DNA from: Paramecium tetraurelia
Taxonomy: Eukaryota
NCBI GenBank assembly: GCA_000165425.1
Contig: CT868296.1
Location: forward strand, 1 to 64,000
Length of the DNA: 64,000 nucleotides
Direction: 5' to 3'
Made by a program: the position numbers and the translations under genes. The notes under the pieces are model-generated. The model searched no databases, was not told the DNA's origin, and saw nothing but the letters and a program-made list of their open reading frames with translations. Below, piece after piece: positions 56,699 through 64,000 of the stretch (position 1 is the first letter of the stretch; every line of letters begins with the position of its first letter).

Positions 56699-59600
56699 TC
56701 ACAATTTAGATACACTCTTTACTTTTTATTAGTTTCTGAGTTCAAAGAGATTATCTATTTATTTGAAAAAATTAGATTCATAATTATGAATGACTCCAAC
56801 CAAATCCTATAGAAATTACGCTAACATGGTAAGATTTTAATAAATAATGCGTTTTTCTTTAGCTTGAGTTTAAGTCAAAATAAACATTATAGTTTTACTG
56901 ACATACTTGTATTCATCCAAACTTATAGATTAATCTTTCTTAATGAAACCTTAGCCATTGATTAAATTCTGCGATTCTAAGTAAACTATTTAATTAGTAT
57001 TCGGAGATTGTTCATCCAAAGTTACATTTGCTAGAAGTTCATAATTATTAAAATATACATTTCTTCATTTTCCATGAATGAGTCTCAATATTACTTGGGA
57101 TAAACTTATCATTTTTTATTTGATACATAAGACAACTACTATTTGTATCAATAGATGCCAAATTGATATCGAAATGTTTGGCTAATATTTTTACACTTTC
57201 AGAAAATTAGTTTACACTCTAAAGACATTCCTGGTTCCCTGTATCATATAAAGATCTTAGATTCTAACATATTCTCATATTTGTTAATTAAAACAATCCT
57301 TCAGAATAATCCCAAGGTCCAGCATCTAATTTTTGAAAACTTATTTATCCATCATCAATACCTATGGCATACCATTTGTTATTAATTTAATGAATCATTT
57401 TAAAAAAGGATGAATCTTAGAGTAATTAATAAGTGAAATAGTTCTCGATTAAGTATAAAATTTAAAAGTAATACTTTACATTAGGTTTAGGGAATTTCAA
57501 GATACCCATTAATGAAAATATGATTTTACTCTCCACTTTAAACTTATTCTAAAATTTCAATTCATTAATTCTCTCAAATTTCTTACCAAATGACATTTTA
57601 AAAAATCTGTCTTCTTATTATTTAATGTAAACTTCAGATGCATCTCTCAATACTGCACTCTAAATAAGTAAGTGATGATTAGAAATATTAACATTCTTTT
57701 TTTGAAATATCTCATCCTTCTTAATTTCATTTCTTAAATGAATCATATAATCATTAGCCACCTAATTCATATCCAAACCATCTCCTTATTATTTTACTAC
57801 CCATTCTTAATAATCAATGAAATGCTATTCATAATGTTCTACAATATTGGTTCCTATTTTACGGTCAAATTGTGTATTATGGAATCCAACTGGTTTACGA
57901 CTTGAATTATAATTGGGTAAAAGTTGATTTCTGGATCCTGGCTGACTTATTATTAGATCAGGTTTCTCATCTCTTATCAGATGTTCGGATATACTCCTTT
58001 ACGGATTATAAACCTTTGTAAGTGATTTACTCTTTTTGTCAGTTCTTAATTTCTTCTAAAATTTAATTACATCTGGATTATCATCATTTAAAATAAGAGT
58101 CTTCTTTTTTAATTGATTAGCTGCTGTTTCAGGAGTATATTTAGAATCTACTTGAGTACCAGAAAAGGCATAATTATCTTAATCCTAAGAGATATCATTT
58201 ACTTAAGGAACTTGTTCCTCTGCTTAACGAAGTTGCATTGACACTACTGAAAACACTTCCCAAACTAAACCACCTATTAAAGCCAAAAGAAAAATTGACA
58301 AAAATTCAAAGGAACCAACAAATATCATAGCTGATAACATGTCATCTGTATCATATGTCAATTCAAATACTACCTGATTCCATTCAGCTGCAATGAACAT
58401 CTGCAGCATCATTAAATAAGATCCAGAGAATGATGTAAAGTCTGCATATTTACAATTTCCCCATTGATATTCAAACAAATTAGCATCACATTTAGAATTA
58501 GCATAAGGATTCTCTGGGTTTCTTTAGATCTTACCAAATAGATACATTCCAACACAAGTATATATGAAGAATATCATTTAAACAGGCAACATCAATCTAA
58601 AAATCAATGGTACACATATTATAATTTTATAAAGCAGATTTCTAACAATATCCAAAAATTCTAATCCAGATAAAAAGAAATTTAATATTTTGATTGATCT
58701 AAATGCTCTAAATAATCGAAACACCTTTTATATTTTGGCCAATCTCAACAATCGATTTGCTTTAATTGATTGAACAATGTTTCCAGATACAATATTGAAT
58801 AGGATGTAATCAAATATAATTTGCAAAATTACTAAAGAGATATCAAACACATTCCTAAATTAATTACATTACATACCATCCTTCTTAGAAATATGGTTTA
58901 ATTCCCAATGCAATAATTTTTACTATGCATTCAAGACCGTAAAACACTAAATACACTGTATCGAGCAATGTAAATATATCCAAGATATTCATATCATCAA
59001 TAAAGAAGGCTGTCACAATAAGAACACAATTAGATATTGTTATCACCAACATTCCTATACTAAAAACCTAAAGTCTTTAGCAATTTGTACATTTCCTTCT
59101 ACAAATGTTAACAAGCCCTTGGAATTAAAATAGTCTCTAAAGGATTCCCAACTTTCTAGTGGTTTACTTTCAGGTAATTTGAATATGGAACCATCCTAAA
59201 TTAAGTGAAGAAATTTGTAGAACTCATCAAATTGAACCTTATCACTATTTCTTATTGAATTTTTACTTAAAATCTTAATCAATTAGAGAAAACAAAGTAG
59301 GCATATCTACTTTATTTATGCTATTTGCATAAAACTATTCAATAAATTCTTGAAACTATATGTGTGTCAAAAATCCTTGATCAGTCAAATCCAAAGAGAT
59401 GAAACTTGCCATCATAGCTGATTTTTATTTTATTATATCATTGATTGCTATTTCCATCCTATGTCTTCTAAATCCTTCGTATACAACTGCAAGTGGAATT
59501 GGAGCAAATAGGAAGATAAAGAGTAACAAATAAATTATAAAGAATAGACTATAAAAAGTACCTTGCAACATTGGTGGAATTAGAATATCAGGATAAAAGT

Positions 59601-60399
59601 CTAGAGTTGCCACCATAAACAGCATTGAAAAAAATTTAAAAAAGTCTCCGTAATCCTGAGTCCTCAAATCTACATTTTCCAAACGACCAATCAAATTGAT
59701 GCCTACAAATGAAAATATTGAGATTATGATTAAATAAAGCAAAATTAAAAGGAACAAATCTCGACTTGCCTTCATTATCCCTTTTAAATTTCTTCTTAAA
59801 TCCTTTGAATACATAGGCATTAGCAACGTCCGAAATATTCGACTGAATCTCATGATATTAGGTTCCTTACTATGGATAATAAAATCGATTAAGCACACAT
59901 AGTAGACAATCAATTTAAATTACCTTTTTGGATTAAATGCAAATCTATTTTCCTTTTTAGTCACCAATAATACTATTGTAATTAGTGAGTCAATTCCTAA
60001 AAATGCTAAAATTATGCCTTCTAATATCAATAAATTCTGATTATCCTCCACGTCCTATTCTGGAAATGGCAATTCAAAGAATGTCATTACCTAATAGATA
60101 ATTGATAACAAAAAGAGAAAAGCAATCCAAAATTGATTATTCTCTAAATACCAAAAGAATTTTAGGTATTTTTTGTTGGTTAAATCTATATCGTTTCGAA
60201 TAGTTCTTAAATAATATGCATCATAAATATGTCGAATTGCTTTGTTCATTCTTTGTTATACTGATAATCTCTTTACTATTTTCTAAATTTCAGAGGCTAA
60301 TTAATCATTCTTCTCAAGCAATTTTTGTGAGAATTCTTATAAAGCCATTGATTATCTATAAATAGTAGACTATCTTCTTTTTTTTAAAGGTTTATTCAT
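56699..60399 (-). CDS. Two-pore channel (TPC)-like voltage-gated cation channel with long C-terminal tail
   Basis: Two 6-TM repeats: S4-I MRFSRIFRTL, pore I ATLDFYPD, S6 LAVVYEGF, EF-hand-like DLTDQGFL, S4-II RLLRLAKIQKVFRLFRAFRSIK, pore II FIAAEWNQV. Confidence 0.87.
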
Positions 60400-60747
60400 T
60401 TAATTTAATTATTAGACATAAACATATAATATATAATTTTCATAAAATTCAGTCTAATATTCTAAAATGACTATAAATTAATCAATTCTCATATGTAAAA
60501 TTACAGTCCAACTTTTCAATAGTTTAACAACATTTTTAATATATTGGTGAAATTTAATGCTGAAAGCATACTTAAATTATATAATCAAATTTGATATGCA
60601 TTACTAAGCAGATTAACTCTTTAGATATTCTTATTCAATTGTTCTTTTTCTAATTTATTTTTTTCTTTAAATAGCATAATTTTGATCTAATATTTCTTAA
60701 TTGTATTCTGTTAAAATAAATTAGAAATAATTTAAAATCGAAAATTG

Positions 60748-62785
60748 ATGAAGCCATTTCAAACACCAAACTCATGTCATTCAAGAAAGGGAAGTGCTAA
60801 AGTTAACAGACAGCCATTTGCCATCATTAGCAATTGTCCAGAGTTCTAATAATGTGCCAATTATTTGTAGAGTAAAGTACACGGATTAGAGATGAGAGTA
60901 AAAAACCTTAATAGTCATCATGCAAGTGAAAACAGATCTACTACAGCTTCTAAAACTACCACCAATTTGTCTCCTTTTAATACTCATAAATAATGCAAAA
61001 AATATGGATCTAATAAACAAATTGACACTCAAAGTTATTACGAAACAATCATCAACAAAAGATTAGAAAATATTAGTAAAATTGAATAGTCACCAATAAA
61101 AACAGAGCAATCTGTCAATTAGGACAAGTACTCAGTGCATAGTCTAGTCAGTCATTAAACAAGATTAAATTATAATTGTATTTAGAAAATATAGGCATTA
61201 ACCAAAAGACTCAGACAATTTAAGTTGGTCAAAGATCAGAATCAAGATGAATGTGCTCCATCTTTAGCTAAGATCAAATGCTTTTGTCAAGAATTCTCAA
61301 ATGAGTGTTTCGATTTCTATAGGTGCACCGATCTAATTACCCTGAAATACTTTATTTATTTGCTTCTATAGGAGTTAAACAATAATTCAGAAACATATAG
61401 AGGTAATGACAATCAACATTATGTCTAAGAAATTGAATATTTGAAATCACAATTGGAAAATCAAAATAATGATCAAATGACTTTTAAAGGTCAGATAAAG
61501 TTATAAAAGATGGTGTACGACACTTAAAATCTAATATAAGAGATTGTTAATCAATTTCAAACTCAAAATAATTAAAATGTCTTAACTAATTAAGTTGATA
61601 TCTTGAATAGGTAGATAAAATCATTAAAGGATAATATGGATCAATAACAATTTTTAAAAAGCTCCTTTGGTGTCAATTTAGCCAATTATGAGACTAATGA
61701 AAACAATAATTCTCTTATTAATTAATCTAATTATAAGACAAATGAAGATAGATTTATGACTTAGATGAGTTCCAAATCAAAGTCTCCATATTGTAGAAAT
61801 AATCGAAAAATATAAGTGGAAGGGGATTCATAAAATAACCTTAGATTATTGGAAGAGTAAACAATTATCAATAGATAATTGATGGAAAAGATTTTTGAAT
61901 TGTAATCATCAGATAAATAGAAGTAAGCCATTTAAGAATTACAAGATTAATTAAATGAGAAAAACAAACAAATTATTGATCTTCAAAAAAGTATTAAGAA
62001 TCAAGAATGTTATTCTGAATTAAATTAAAGAATATTAGACATAAGCAGAAATTTAGATAATGTTATTTAATAAAATTCTTAATTGCTTTAAGAAAATGAA
62101 TAACATAAAAATAAAATAGACTCAATGAAGTAATTAGAGTAAAAGTATTATGATTTACTTTAAGAGAATAACAGGTAATGTTAATAAATAAATTCAATCA
62201 TAAATGATAATTGTTAACTGAAAAAGATTTAATAGCAATATGAGGCAGAATGTAAGGGATATCAATAATAAATTTTAAAATTATAGGAGAAGTGTGAAGT
62301 GCTATAAGCCTCTTTATAGGATTAAAATGATTCAAAAATTTTATAATAATAAATTAATGAGTTATTATAATAATAATAAGAGTAAAATAAAATTATTGTA
62401 ATTAAAATTAATAATAAATTAGAGTTTAATCACAGATGAAGCCTTGTATTTGGGACAAATGACCTTGTAAACAAATGATTTGTTATAGAAGCAATAGGGT
62501 GACATCCCTACTTCAATAAGGGTGTTACAAAAGGATTTAAATAACAAGAAAAGTGCTATTCAGCAGAAAATGAAAATTTTATAGCAATTTGGAAATAATA
62601 TGAAGATAAAGCAATGCATTTCGCATAATAGTTCATTCAAAACGAATTCTGATGTGGATCTGTTGGAGAATTTGGAAAATGATGTAATTCCAGTGAAATT
62701 TTAACAATAATCGAATTAACATAGTGATTTAATGATGATGTTGGTGGTGTAATGCCATACAATAGAAAAGATGATTGACTTTTGA
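60748..62785 (+). CDS. Gln-rich coiled-coil hypothetical protein
   Basis: MKPFQTPNSCHSRKG... with a long Q/E/K heptad region; a 25-nt intron at about 62398-62422 is needed; ends MLVVQCHTIEKMIDF-TGA. Confidence 0.72.
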
Positions 62786-62958
62786 TAAATAGATATCTAT
62801 ATTTAAAGCTATTTATATAAAAATATAGATATTTAACAATTAAGCGGCGAAGATGAGTGAAATATTGATTAAAATAGTAATGTATTAATAAATAGCACTA
62901 ATAAATATTCATTCCATTATTTTGCATAAAAATAAGATTTAATATTTAAAATATTAAT

Positions 62959-64000
62959 ATGAAACCTAATTCTGAGATTCTTTTATGCTAGATGTATTAG
63001 CTGGGACCAGATAAATGGAATTATGTAGATATTGGTTATACGCATATCAATTCGAAGGTAAGAGGTTTAGAGTAGACAATAATAGAACGAATTGATTTTG
63101 CTGCAGAAGGACACGAGTCAGGAAGTGATAGTTGTTCCAATAAAGTAAGAGAATGAGTTTTGCTTTGATTAAGGTATGGATAAAATTTAAATTGCAATAG
63201 AAGAAGCAATCTAATTCCATTGTGTTTAGGACTATGCCTTGAGTTTTCAGAGTAGAGAAGGTGCAATGGGAGTTTGGACTCGTATTCAAAACATTTTGGT
63301 GGAGAATGAGGCTGAGGATTAAGATTCAATAGCATTGACACCCGTTTCTGAAACAAATTTGGAGACTATTTTGGATACGATGAATAACATGATAGCATAC
63401 GGTTCTCAATCAAAGTAGATGTTGTTGAGTTATTTGATCAATAAGAAAGTAAAAAGTGATATTGAGTGTGTGTTAGGAATATTTCGATAAGCTTATAAAA
63501 TTGTTCCAATAGTTGGAGAAGGACAACAATACCAATCTGTTATAAACAATGTGTTAGATTGTGAAGAATGTATAAATCCATATTGATTGTGATTAGATAG
63601 TTACAGTGGCGGAACATGAATTATTTTAAATAATCCTGAACGATTAGAATTATCTATTTATTTTCGGTGCATTAGAATGTATGTTATTTGTAGATTAAAT
63701 GTTATTAGATGATACTGAGATGAACAAGAAGAATTTCGTGCCCCACCGTTAGTATTTAGAGAAACATGCGTAATTCTTGCAAGTAGTCCAAATTAAGAGT
63801 AAAGAGCGACTTAAAACCATTCATTTCATATATCGGCTGCAGTACTTGCGCGATTGTGGTTTGGCCTACTACATCGACGAGTGCCAGTTGATGTTCATAA
63901 AGATAGTTTTAACGTAATCAAAATCATGATAGATTATAAAGAGTTGTTATGTTGACCTCTTTAAGTACATTGAAAATTCGAAGGATTTTTTGATAGAAGT
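62959..64000 (+). CDS. PPP4R3: Protein phosphatase 4 regulatory subunit 3 (SMEK/Psy2/SMK-1), partial, runs off the window
   Basis: EVH1-like N-terminus (YQLGPDKW, YALSFQSREGAMGVW) and SMK-1 domain (IFGALEYD, HRQYL, IHFIYRLQYLRD); several tiny introns. Confidence 0.8.

Noticed and set aside
56442..56740. Plus-strand spliced ORF overlapping the micro-ORF
   Set aside because: It has no recognisable motifs and runs through an AT-only spacer into the antisense of the TPC 3' end; the minus-strand ORF is the better model.
63200..63232. Possible second GC-AG intron in PP4R3
   Set aside because: The frame is open without it; the nearby canonical GT-AG introns are sufficient.

Overview
AT-rich eukaryotic DNA from a ciliate macronuclear chromosome, most likely Paramecium. 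Coding regions read only with genetic code 6 (TAA/TAG = Gln, TGA = sole stop), introns are tiny (about 20-30 nt, GT..AG) and intergenic spacers are often under 60 bp. The supplied standard-code ORF track is therefore mostly fragments or antisense noise, and I re-translated genes by eye with code 6. Bases 1-~9600 are a gene-poor zone of decayed multigene-family copies and an ~80-bp satellite, resembling a subtelomere. Bases ~9600-64000 hold about 28 packed genes: alpha/beta hydrolase, ORC5, hybrid histidine kinase, trichocyst matrix protein, PIP kinase, two WD40 proteins, a large Cys-rich membrane protein, importin, LRR protein, ABCC transporter, Ser/Thr kinase, cAMP-receptor-like GPCR, Myb protein, RCC1-tail myosin, NAXD, BUD31, two-pore channel and PP4R3, plus hypotheticals and an SF-assemblin pseudogene. 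The most interesting observations are: (1) a 55-aa micro-ORF with SIAMESE/CKI-like motifs (TP, CPxAPKK, RxLF) behind an E2F-like site; (2) ORC5 and the hydrolase start codons only 6 bp apart within the palindrome CATTAATTAATG; (3) an apparent GC-AG intron; (4) a two-pore channel with acidic selectivity filters; (5) a histidine kinase with a degenerate H-box and G2 box. No database searches were run. Family calls rest on motif recognition, and exon boundaries are manual estimates.
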